A stretch of DNA of 64,000 nucleotides from Candidatus Omnitrophota bacterium. GTDB lineage: Bacteria; Omnitrophota; Gorgyraeia; Zapsychrales; JBDRMG01. Made by a program: the position numbers and the translations under genes. Below, one piece after another: positions 1 to 8,636 of this stretch; positions within the stretch are counted from its first letter, which is position 1; every line of letters begins with the position of its first letter. The notes beneath the pieces are model-generated. The model searched no databases. It saw nothing but the letters and a program-made list of their open reading frames with translations, and was not told the origin of the DNA. The stretch lies in assembly GCA_043812495.1 (NCBI GenBank), contig JBDRMG010000016.1, forward strand, positions 66,137 to 130,136, read 5' to 3'.

Positions 1-558
1 ATGCTGACAGGCCAAAACAACGGCATCCACCCTTGTGGGTTTACCGTCGTGATATTCAACCGTAACTTGACTCTTGCAATCCGGACCCAGGTAATCTAAG
101 ATTTCTGATTTACGAACTTTTTCTACGCGTCGCACGAGACGGTGAGCCAGCATAATCGGTAACGGCATCAATTCCGGTGTTTCATCACACGCATAACCGA
201 TCATGATTCCTTGATCCCCGGCCCCTCCTCGGTCCACACCTTGAGCAATATCCGGAGACTGACGGTTGATCGCATTCAAAATAGAACACGTCTCAGCGCA
301 GAATCCGTATTTGTGATGCGTATAACCGATGTCGATCAACACACGACGCACCACCGATTGGATATCGATATAGGATGAGGTGGTGATCTCACCACCGACA
401 ATCACTAAACCAACGGTAATAAAGGTTTCGCAAGCCACGCGACCTTTGGAATCATGTCTTAAAACTTCATCCAATACGGCGTCGGAAATCTGATCACAGA
501 CCTTATCCGGATGACCGTTACCCACCGACTCTGATGTAATAAAATATTTACCCTTCAC
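1..558 (-). CDS. metK: S-adenosylmethionine synthetase, 5' part (runs off window)
   Basis: Manual translation from GTG at 558 gives [27 protein letters not shown]...RVACET...GAGDQG. SD AGGAG lies upstream. Not in the ORF track. Confidence 0.97.
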   Translation of the reverse strand, partial: MKGKYFITSESVGNGHPDKVCDQISDAVLDEVLRHDSKGRVACETFITVGLVIVGGEITTSSYIDIQSVVRRVLIDIGYTHHKYGFCAETCSILNAINRQSPDIAQGVDRGGAGDQGIMIGYACDETPELMPLPIMLAHRLVRRVEKVRKSEILDYLGPDCKSQVTVEYHDGKPTRVDAVVLACQH

Positions 559-571
559 GTGCGAACTCCTT

Positions 572-686
572 TCAATGAGCCCGCCATTGATTCAGTGGCG
601 GGCGATTGACCCCGCACCTTTTATTCATTCAAACTTTTTTAAGTCGTGCGATTTACAAATATCTGAATAAGAAAAAGGTGCGGGGT
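572..686. repeat. Modular palindromic element copy 1: TCAAT-GA cap, GCCCGCCA hairpin, then ACCCCGCACCTTTT inverted-repeat module
   Basis: 572-609 is near-identical to 59644-59682. The 14-bp IR at 609-622/673-686 also occurs at 17383-17461. Confidence 0.9.
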
Positions 687-729
687 ACAACAAATTATAA
701 TTTTGCTATTTCCTTTCTAACGATAAAAA

Positions 730-1464
730 CTATAAATTATCTTGAGCCTCATGATACGCCTCGATACTTCCGATATCATACCACTTTCCGTCAAAAACAA
801 AACCGTATACATCCTCTTGAGTACGCAGCCATTGAATATATCCTCCGGCGGCATCGGACTTTTTTGATTCTTTTAGGTACCGCTCGATCAGGTCTAAAGA
901 CTCCTGAGGAAAATAATAAAGACACATGGCGATCAGGCTTGATTTCGGCCTTTTGGGTTTTTCCTCAAAAGAGATAACCTTTTTATCCTGATTGAGCTCA
1001 ACCACGCCGAACTTATGAGCCTCTTTAATATTTTGGATATCAAATAAACCGACTGTGACGCGAGGCACATTCATTTTTGCAAATTCAACATAGACGTCGA
1101 TGTTAAAATCAAAGATGTTGTCCCCGCCCACAACCATCAGATGATCGCGGATTTTCTTCTCTTTTAGAACATAACGAATATCTCCGATCGATCCAAGCCG
1201 ATCTTCGTTTGTCTTAGTCTGGTCATTGATAATGTCAATGCGACAAGGTAAATTTGTATGCTGCTTTGCCCAAACACAAAAATCTTGATAAAACTTATCA
1301 TTGGTGACGACGATCACCTCATCAAGCTCTGGTAAATCCGCAATCTTATCCAACAGATAATCGATGATGGGTTTATTTTTAACTTTTAAAAGAGCCTTGG
1401 CGGTATCCGTAATCAACGGATATAATCGTGTTCCGTAACCACCCGCTAAGATAAGAACCTTCAT
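730..1464 (-). CDS. Sugar-phosphate nucleotidyltransferase (NTP_transferase family)
   Basis: LAGGYGTRLYP...K motif, GDN, EEKP, WYDIG. Confidence 0.9.
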   Translation of the reverse strand: MKVLILAGGYGTRLYPLITDTAKALLKVKNKPIIDYLLDKIADLPELDEVIVVTNDKFYQDFCVWAKQHTNLPCRIDIINDQTKTNEDRLGSIGDIRYVLKEKKIRDHLMVVGGDNIFDFNIDVYVEFAKMNVPRVTVGLFDIQNIKEAHKFGVVELNQDKKVISFEEKPKRPKSSLIAMCLYYFPQESLDLIERYLKESKKSDAAGGYIQWLRTQEDVYGFVFDGKWYDIGSIEAYHEAQDNL

Positions 1465-1475
1465 ACTCAATGGAC

Positions 1476-3251
1476 TTAACCAGGATCCTTCTTGTTGTCC
1501 GTCGCGTACACTTCAGGAGCTAATTCTTTTAACTTGCCTTGACAAAACTCCTCAACTTCTTTTCCTGAAGATAGTTTTAAGGCTTCCTCGGCCAATTGTT
1601 GGGCATCGGCCAAGCGAACGCTGCGAATTAATTTCTTAATTTGCAGGACATTCAGCGAAGGCATGCTCAATTCATCAATTCCTAAGCCCAGCAAAAGAAG
1701 CGCAAAAGCCGGTTCGCTTGACATTTCGCCGCAGACAGCCACTTTGATATTGTTGCGATGCCCGGCCTCAATGGCCTCTTTAATCAACCGCAAGATCGCC
1801 GGATGACCAGGTTCATACAGATACGCAGTCTGTTCATTCGTTCGATCGACCGCGAGGGCATATTGAACGAGATCGTTGGTTCCGATACTAAAGAAATTTG
1901 AGTTTTTCGCGATCAAATCAGCGGTTAGAGCGGCGGAGGGCACTTCAATCATGACCCCGACTTGTAAATTTTCCTCAAAGGGGATTTTCTCGTCTCTGAG
2001 ATTATTTTTGACCTCCTCTAAAACAAAATTCGCCTGACGTAATTCACCGGCTCCTGAAATCAACGGATACATCAATTTGACTTGACCATGAGTCGATGAC
2101 CGCAAGATGGCACGCAGTTGGGTCTTGAAAATATCCGGTCGCGCCAAACAAAAACGAATGGCCCGCCATCCGAGCGACGGATGCATATCCCGCGGAATCT
2201 GCAAAGCTGAAATAAATTTATCCCCACCCAAATCCAACGTCCTGATGGTTACAGGCAGGGGTTTCATTTCTTCGGCGACCATTTTGTAAGCCTCAAATTG
2301 CTCTTCTTCACTTGGAAGGTCGATGCGATTCATATAGAAAAATTCCGTTCGGTATAAACCAATGCCATCGGCACCCTGCTTCTTGATCAGAGTCACCTCT
2401 TCAGGCAACTCGATATTGGCCAGAATGGTTATTTTCTTTCCGTCGGTCGTTTCGGCGGGTAAATCTTTTAAGTCAACAAATCGATCGCGAAAAGTCTGAA
2501 TACGATCTTGTTCTTTTTGATAAATGTCCTTTGTCATGTCCGTCGGATTGACAATCACCAGACCCATGCGGCCATCCACGATGATAAAATCCTGGTTGCT
2601 GACTTTCATGGTCACATCCGTAAGACCAACCACCGCAGGGATCCCCAAAGATTTCGCCATAATCGCTGTATGGGAGGTCCGCCCTCCGATGTCTGTCGCA
2701 AAAGCAATAATGTTCTTATTGAACATGCTGGCTGTATCCGATGGAGAAATGTCATGCGCGATGATGATCAAGTCTTCATTGATGTTTTCTAATTCATGGA
2801 GTTTCGTTTCGCCGATTAAATTCTTTAAGACCCGGCGGCCTACATCCGTCACATCGGCAATTCTTTCTTTTAAATAGCTGTCCTGCATGCTGGCAAAAAC
2901 CTTCACGTATTTTTTTAAGACCTGGGAAAAGATGTATTCCACGGAAAGCTTATCGCTCTTGATCCGGCGGATGACCTCTTCAATCAGCGTACGGTCCTCC
3001 AGAACCAAAAGATGGGCGTCAAAAATCTGAGCATGTTTGGCATCCATTTCGCTCGCGATCTTTTTCTTGACTTCGAGGATCTCTTCCCGCGTCTTGATCA
3101 AGGCTTCTTCAAAACGTGCAATCTCCAGTGGAATTTCCTTCTCCATGATCGCTCGGGGAGGAATAATAAATTCCTGCTTATCGAGAATGAAGGCCGAGCC
3201 GCTCGCGATGCCGGGTGCGGCAGGTACGCCTTTTAAAACTGTTTCTCCCAT
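1476..3251 (-). CDS. ptsI: PTS enzyme I (PEP-protein phosphotransferase)
   Basis: GGRTSHTAIMA phospho-His motif, GIGLYRTEF, DLGGDK, SIGTNDL, CGEM. Confidence 0.97.
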   Translation of the reverse strand: MGETVLKGVPAAPGIASGSAFILDKQEFIIPPRAIMEKEIPLEIARFEEALIKTREEILEVKKKIASEMDAKHAQIFDAHLLVLEDRTLIEEVIRRIKSDKLSVEYIFSQVLKKYVKVFASMQDSYLKERIADVTDVGRRVLKNLIGETKLHELENINEDLIIIAHDISPSDTASMFNKNIIAFATDIGGRTSHTAIMAKSLGIPAVVGLTDVTMKVSNQDFIIVDGRMGLVIVNPTDMTKDIYQKEQDRIQTFRDRFVDLKDLPAETTDGKKITILANIELPEEVTLIKKQGADGIGLYRTEFFYMNRIDLPSEEEQFEAYKMVAEEMKPLPVTIRTLDLGGDKFISALQIPRDMHPSLGWRAIRFCLARPDIFKTQLRAILRSSTHGQVKLMYPLISGAGELRQANFVLEEVKNNLRDEKIPFEENLQVGVMIEVPSAALTADLIAKNSNFFSIGTNDLVQYALAVDRTNEQTAYLYEPGHPAILRLIKEAIEAGHRNNIKVAVCGEMSSEPAFALLLLGLGIDELSMPSLNVLQIKKLIRSVRLADAQQLAEEALKLSSGKEVEEFCQGKLKELAPEVYATDNKKDPG

Positions 3252-3300
3252 TGTTCTTTTACCTCGTTTTAACTTACAATCACTTGCGCTGGACTTGCCG

Positions 3301-3564
3301 TTATTCCTCTTTCAAAAGAAAGTTCTCTAATTCCTTAACAGCCTCTTGGGCATCTTCTCCGTCGGCCTCTAGAAGAATTTTGCTTTTGCATTCCGCGGCC
3401 AACATCAAAATACCCATGATGGATTTTCCGTTAACCTTCTCGCTATCCTTAATGAGCGTAATATTCGAATCAAACTGGGCTGCCAGCTGCACGAATAAGG
3501 CAGCTGGGCGCGCATGCAAGCCTTGCTTGTTCAGAATTGTAACTTCTTTTTCGACCCGTGGCAT
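3301..3564 (-). CDS. ptsH: Phosphocarrier protein HPr
   Basis: GLHARPAA (His15) and KSIMG (Ser46). Confidence 0.96.
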   Translation of the reverse strand: MPRVEKEVTILNKQGLHARPAALFVQLAAQFDSNITLIKDSEKVNGKSIMGILMLAAECKSKILLEADGEDAQEAVKELENFLLKEE

Positions 3565-3585
3565 AAGAAAATGACCCTTAAAGAG

Positions 3586-4827
3586 TTACCGTTTTAGAAC
3601 TCTGTGCTTTTCAATAATCCGTATCAATGCCTTCGTTAGTTTAAACACATCGTGACGGACGTAATCTTTGACGCCCAATAAATCTTCTTCCAAGACTCGA
3701 CAGCTCATGCTCTTAATCTTCTCTGCATCAGGACGGACAGGATAGGAATTCTCATCTTTATAACGCTCGAGCATATCTTCAGGGGCAACAGCATTGTTGA
3801 TCAGGCAAGCCTGAACAATGTTCGGATTTGTATGCTCGATGATAGCCTTGAGGTGATCACTGGCGCTATATTGATCTGTTTCTCCTTCCTGGGTCATCAC
3901 GTTGCAAACATATATCTTAAAGGCGCTCGATCGGGCCATCGCATCCGCCATGCCCTGAATAATCAAATTAGGAATGATGCTTGTATAGAGGCTGCCGGGG
4001 CCCAGGATAATCACATCGGCATGGGCGATGGAGTCTAATGCGTCTTGCGTCGGCTGAGCATCGACGGGCTTAAGAGTCAGCCTTTTTATTTGTAATCCGG
4101 ATTTTGGAATTTTCGCCTCTCCTTCGGCTCTTGTTCCGTCGGTGTATTCTGCGACCAGATGGACATTGCTGACGGTCGATGGAATAACTTTTCCGCGAAT
4201 CGCCAAAACCTTACTCGACTCCTTAACGGCTTTCTCAAAGTCCCCGTTCGTCAATTGCACCATGGCCGTCAAAAAAAGATTGCCGAAGTTATGTCCCTGC
4301 AGTTGCGAGTCCTTGGAAAAACGAAACTGAAAAAGGTCCCCCATGAGAGCCGGCGCATCCGCCAAAGCCACCAAGCAATTTCGGATATCGCCGGGAGCAA
4401 CGATATTAAATTCTTCGCGCAGACGACCCGAAGAACCTCCGCTATCAGCAACAGTCACAATCGCCGTGATGTTTGCGGAGTATTCCTTTAGGCCCATGAG
4501 CAAATTGGAAAGCCCATGCCCCCCGCCGATCGTCACAATCTTAGGGCCGCGCTCCAAATACCTTCGTTGATAAAGAATATTGACGAGTTCTCGTTCTCCT
4601 TCGGGCAAAAACAAAGTGATCAGAGAGATGATCATTTTGCCGATGCCCAAAACGCATAAAATAATACCGCAAATAATAAAAACGATCCCGAAAGATTGAA
4701 CAATGGAATAAGGCTTCGCTGTGAAAACAGCGCCAAGACCAACCGTAAAGATCCCTAAAAGCGTGGTCAAAAACCACCTTTTGATCCTCATGCCAGGGTA
4801 AAACCATTTCAAAAGATTCTTAGGCAT
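3586..4827 (-). CDS. yvcK: YvcK/GlmR (CofD-like) protein with N-terminal membrane segments
   Basis: IGGGHGLS, DSGGSSGRLR, PGDIRNCL, GPGSLYTSI, RHD. Confidence 0.92.
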   Translation of the reverse strand: MPKNLLKWFYPGMRIKRWFLTTLLGIFTVGLGAVFTAKPYSIVQSFGIVFIICGIILCVLGIGKMIISLITLFLPEGERELVNILYQRRYLERGPKIVTIGGGHGLSNLLMGLKEYSANITAIVTVADSGGSSGRLREEFNIVAPGDIRNCLVALADAPALMGDLFQFRFSKDSQLQGHNFGNLFLTAMVQLTNGDFEKAVKESSKVLAIRGKVIPSTVSNVHLVAEYTDGTRAEGEAKIPKSGLQIKRLTLKPVDAQPTQDALDSIAHADVIILGPGSLYTSIIPNLIIQGMADAMARSSAFKIYVCNVMTQEGETDQYSASDHLKAIIEHTNPNIVQACLINNAVAPEDMLERYKDENSYPVRPDAEKIKSMSCRVLEEDLLGVKDYVRHDVFKLTKALIRIIEKHRVLKR

Positions 4828-4831
4828 TGTT

Positions 4832-5302
4832 TTAGGTTGCTCGGGAGTCTTCTTGTTCTAGTAACTTGAGGACAGTCTTATCGTCCTTCGCCTGTTTCAA
4901 ACTATCTCTGAAATATTTGTCTTTTAAAAGATGGGATATTCTGGCTAAAGCCTTAAGATGCGGTCCGGCTGAGTCAATGGGCGCGATGAGAAGAAAAAAG
5001 ATAAAGGCTGGCTCACCATCCAGTGAATCAAAATCAACACCGTCTTTGCTTATCCCTATCCCTGCGACCAATTTGTTGACATATTCACATTTGCCATGGG
5101 GAATGGCTACGCCTTGGCCGATCGCGGTCGATCCTAACGCTTCCCGAGCCAAAAGGATCTCGATCAATTTGGCTTTATGCCGCTTATCGACGACGTTCGC
5201 TTTCACCAAGGAATTAACAAGCTCTTCAATAATTTCATCTTTCTTCGTGCCTTTGAGATCTGTCACAATAGCTTTAGGGCAAAGAAACTCGCTGATCTTC
5301 AT
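4832..5302 (-). CDS. ptsN: PTS EIIA (Ntr/fructose-type)
   Basis: REALGSTAIGQGVAIPHGK and FDSLDGEP motifs. ATG at 5302 has an AGGAGG SD. Confidence 0.9.
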   Translation of the reverse strand: MKISEFLCPKAIVTDLKGTKKDEIIEELVNSLVKANVVDKRHKAKLIEILLAREALGSTAIGQGVAIPHGKCEYVNKLVAGIGISKDGVDFDSLDGEPAFIFFLLIAPIDSAGPHLKALARISHLLKDKYFRDSLKQAKDDKTVLKLLEQEDSRAT

Positions 5303-5431
5303 GGAAATCCTCCTATGCGGTGAACTCTTTTTCTTTTTCTGAATCAATTTATTGGTCTTTCCCTCATGAACGGAACAGATAAATACGTCCTTTGTTCCAT
5401 TTTTCAGAAAGAGTCAATAATGAAATGTTTA

Positions 5432-5503
5432 AGCGGCGGATGGGACTTGAACCCACGTCATCCTGCTTGGCAAGCAGGCATTCTACCACTGAATTACCGC
5501 CGC
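5432..5503 (-). tRNA. tRNA-Gly(GCC)
   Basis: Cloverleaf with acceptor GCGGCGG/CCGCCGC, anticodon loop CTGCCAA and GTTCAAGTCC T-arm. CCA is not encoded. Confidence 0.95.
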
Positions 5504-5567
5504 AATGACTATCTTCATCAACGAATCCTGTTTTTCCTGTCTAAATGCGGGCGGCCTATAAATATGA

Positions 5568-5649
5568 TGGGCGAGAGAGGACTTGAACCTCCATGAGTTT
5601 CCCCACATGCTCCTAAGGCATGCGCGTCTGCCAATTCCGCCACTCGCCC
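5568..5649 (-). tRNA. tRNA-Leu(TAG)
   Basis: GGCGGAATTGGCAGACGC D-arm, anticodon loop CTTAGGA, long variable arm. Confidence 0.95.
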
Positions 5650-5674
5650 GCATCGGACGTCTTTTCATAAAATC

Positions 5675-5750
5675 TGGTGACCCACCCGCGACTCGAACGC
5701 GGCACACCTGCCTTAAAAGGGCAGTGCTCTACCGGATGAGCTAGTGGGTC
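5675..5750 (-). tRNA. tRNA-Lys(TTT)
   Basis: 76 nt, anticodon loop CTTTTAA, GTTCGAGTC, encoded CCA. Confidence 0.95.
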
Positions 5751-5797
5751 AATGTGTCAAAAAGCTATTGAAGAAATAAATGAAAGCCTCAAAGAAA

Positions 5798-6367
5798 TTA
5801 CTTATCGCCGAATTCCACTAGCTCTTTTTGCTTATCTTCAAGAATGCGATCAACCTCTTGGATGTATTTGTCGGTGAGTTTTTGGATCTCTTCTTGGGCG
5901 CGGAAATGATCATCCTCTGAAATGACGCTATCATTTTTCATTTTCTTGAGGTGATCATTGGCGTCTCGTCGAATCGATCGCAGCGAGACGCGGCCGTTCT
6001 CCGTCATCTCCTTAACGACCTTGGTTAATTCCTGACGTCTTTCCTTGGAAAGTGGGGGAATCGTCAAACGAATAATTTTCCCGTCGTTCGAGGGCATGAC
6101 GCCCAGCTTCGAAGATTGTATGGCTTTCTCAATTTCTGGAATCGCCGAAATATCCCATGGCTGAATAATGATCGATGAGGCATCAGGAATCGTGATGGAG
6201 GCAATCTGCTTAATCATCGTCGGCGTCCCGTAATAATCGGCATGCATCCCTTCAATCAATCCCGGATGAGCCCGCCCCGTTCGGACTTCGGCGAATTCTC
6301 GCGAAACGGAATCAACGGTCTTCTTCATCTTCGCATCTGTTTCTCGGATAATTTCTCTAATGGCCAT
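5798..6367 (-). CDS. frr: Ribosome recycling factor
   Basis: RTGRAHP, YYGTPT, IPPLSKERR; lies in rpsB-tsf-pyrH-frr order. Confidence 0.97.
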   Translation of the reverse strand: MAIREIIRETDAKMKKTVDSVSREFAEVRTGRAHPGLIEGMHADYYGTPTMIKQIASITIPDASSIIIQPWDISAIPEIEKAIQSSKLGVMPSNDGKIIRLTIPPLSKERRQELTKVVKEMTENGRVSLRSIRRDANDHLKKMKNDSVISEDDHFRAQEEIQKLTDKYIQEVDRILEDKQKELVEFGDK

Positions 6368-6381
6368 AGCGCACCCCCGTT

Positions 6382-7107
6382 TTATTGGACAACTGTCCCT
6401 ATGGTTTCTCCCAAAACAACTCTTTTGATATTTCCTTTTTTCAAAAGATCAAAAACCACGATGGGTAATTGATTATCCATGCACAAACTAATGGCAGTCG
6501 CATCCATGACTTTCAAATTTTTCTTGAGGGCATCCATGAATCTCAATTCCTTAAATTTCTTTGCCTGCGGATTGCGCAGAGGATCCGAAGAATACACGCC
6601 ATCCACCTTGGTCGCTTTGAGGATGACATCAGCGCCAATTTCTTTAGCGCGCAAAGCCGCCGCGGTATCGGTCGTAAAGTACGGGTTGCCGGTCCCGGCA
6701 ACAAAAATCACGACGCGATTTCTTTCCAGATGGCGCATGGCCCGCCGGCGGATATACGGTTCAGCCACCGACTGAATTTCCATAGCGGATAAAACCCGCG
6801 TCGGGACATCGATTTTTTCCAAAGCATTCTGAAGAGCCAGGCCGTTGAGGACCGTCGCCAACATGCCCATATAATCCGCGACCGATCGATCCAATCCGAA
6901 TTTCTTTGATTCCACCTGGCCTCGAAAGATATTGCCACCGCCCACGACCAAAGCCACTTTAACGCCAAGACTGCGAACCTCTTTGATCTGAGTGGCCAAG
7001 GAGGCACACATCTCGGCATCAATGCCGTGGGCCTTAGCCCCCTGCATGGCTTCTCCGCTGAGTTTCAGAAGAATCCGCTTATAAACGGCTTTCTTATTCG
7101 ACTTCAC
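6382..7107 (-). CDS. pyrH: UMP kinase
   Basis: [24 protein letters not shown]. Confidence 0.98.
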   Translation of the reverse strand: MKSNKKAVYKRILLKLSGEAMQGAKAHGIDAEMCASLATQIKEVRSLGVKVALVVGGGNIFRGQVESKKFGLDRSVADYMGMLATVLNGLALQNALEKIDVPTRVLSAMEIQSVAEPYIRRRAMRHLERNRVVIFVAGTGNPYFTTDTAAALRAKEIGADVILKATKVDGVYSSDPLRNPQAKKFKELRFMDALKKNLKVMDATAISLCMDNQLPIVVFDLLKKGNIKRVVLGETIGTVVQ

Positions 7108-7624
7108 CGACTTTGTACCTCACAAATTTGTTGATCAAAATATTCTCACCGATTTTGGCGATCAGCGAATTGAGATAATCTTGGACGGTGATTTTCGGAT
7201 CCTTGACAAACATTTGCTCCATCAGGCAATTGTCTTTGATAAAAGTTTTCTGGTCTTCTTGTTTTTCTAAGATATCCGCGGGAATATTTTCTTTTCTCAA
7301 ATACCGCGGGTTTAAAGCCGCGATATGCATGGCGACATCCTTGGTGAAACGACAGAAATCTTCGTTGCGTGCCACAAAATCCGTTTCGCAGTTCACTTCG
7401 AGAAGAACTCCGATCTTAGACCCTAGGTGAACATAGGCTTCAATGCGCCCTTGATTGGCGGCCCGGGAACCTTTTTTTGCGGCCAACTCCAGGCCTCTTT
7501 CTCTCAAGATTTCCTTAGCCTTATTCATATTTCCCTTGGCATTTTCCAATGCCTTCTTGCACTCAATCACACCGCAAGACGTCATTTCTCGCAACTCCCT
7601 AATGTTTTCAACCGAAATAGTCAT
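7094..7624 (-). CDS. tsf: Elongation factor Ts (short form)
   Basis: [11 protein letters not shown] motif; ATG at 7624. Confidence 0.96.
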   Translation of the reverse strand: MTISVENIRELREMTSCGVIECKKALENAKGNMNKAKEILRERGLELAAKKGSRAANQGRIEAYVHLGSKIGVLLEVNCETDFVARNEDFCRFTKDVAMHIAALNPRYLRKENIPADILEKQEDQKTFIKDNCLMEQMFVKDPKITVQDYLNSLIAKIGENILINKFVRYKVGEVE

Positions 7625-7652
7625 TTTGCGTCCTTTCAATGATTCTCTCCTG

Positions 7653-8501
7653 TTATTTCTCTTTTTCTTTGCTTAAACGAACCTTGGTGGGGCCTCTTTT
7701 TTCCTCTTCGGTTAATTCCTTGGACTCTTCCAATAACTCTATGTCTTCCGTAAGTTCGATCTCGTTATTCGATTTTCCCTCTGAATCAATGTCTTTTTTT
7801 GCTCCCTCGCTGGTTAAATATTCCTTGCGCCCCTCTATAATGCTGTCTGTCAGCAGAGACGTAACCAATCGAATGGATTTCAGCGCGTCGTCATTGCCGG
7901 GAATCACATAATCAATCAGATCGGGATCTGAATTTGTATCGATGAGGGCCACAATGGGAATTTTGAGCTTGCGGGCTTCGCGCACAGCAATTTCTTCTCT
8001 TTTTGTATCAACGATAAAGATGGCCTGAGGTAATTTTCCCATATCGCGAATACCGCTTAAGTTCCTGGATAGCTTATCTTTTTCCTTGGTGAGGAGGGCA
8101 ATCTCTTTTTTTGTGAGTCTTCCGAATATCCCTTTTTCATTCATCTCTTCGATGGTCTTCAGGCGCTCAATGGATTTCTTGACGGTCTGGTAATTCGTCA
8201 GAAGTCCGCCCAGCCAACGATAATTGACATAGGACATTTGAGCCCTTTGGGCCTCCTGCAGGATGACATCCTGGGCTTGCTTTTTGGTCCCGACAAATAA
8301 AATATGTCCGCCCTTCATAGCGACCCCGTAAAGGAAATCCCTGGCTTGGTTAATACGCTCAACGGACTTCTCTAAGTCAATGATATAGATGCCGCTGCGC
8401 TCCCCAAAGATAAATCTGGCCATTTTGGGATTCCAGCGTTTTGTTTGATGGCCAAAATGGACACCTGCTTCAAGTAGTTTTTTGATTAATTCGTCTGTCA
8501 T
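7653..8501 (-). CDS. rpsB: 30S ribosomal protein S2
   Basis: [23 protein letters not shown]. Confidence 0.98.
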   Translation of the reverse strand: MTDELIKKLLEAGVHFGHQTKRWNPKMARFIFGERSGIYIIDLEKSVERINQARDFLYGVAMKGGHILFVGTKKQAQDVILQEAQRAQMSYVNYRWLGGLLTNYQTVKKSIERLKTIEEMNEKGIFGRLTKKEIALLTKEKDKLSRNLSGIRDMGKLPQAIFIVDTKREEIAVREARKLKIPIVALIDTNSDPDLIDYVIPGNDDALKSIRLVTSLLTDSIIEGRKEYLTSEGAKKDIDSEGKSNNEIELTEDIELLEESKELTEEEKRGPTKVRLSKEKEK

Positions 8502-8636
8502 TTTACCTCCGTAAATGTTTTTCTAAAATTGAATTGATGTAGTATACAAAATAATCGATTTTCTTGCAACCATTTATTTTTAAGTAAAAAGTAAATGTTT
8601 ACATTTAATATTAATAGTATTAATATGCGGACCGAT

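Noticed and set aside
560-729. SAM riboswitch upstream of metK
   Set aside because: No SAM-I or SAM-II core is visible, and the structure is a repeat found almost identically at 59644 before an unrelated gene.
606-977. 123-aa plus-strand ORF
   Set aside because: It starts inside a repeat and is antisense to the NTP transferase.
5432-5750. tRNA-anchored genomic island
   Set aside because: No integrase or duplicated tRNA 3' end was seen, and the flanks are housekeeping genes.
7094-7624. Truncated or pseudogene tsf
   Set aside because: Short EF-Ts is a known form (Thermus, cyanobacteria), and the motifs and operon coupling are intact.
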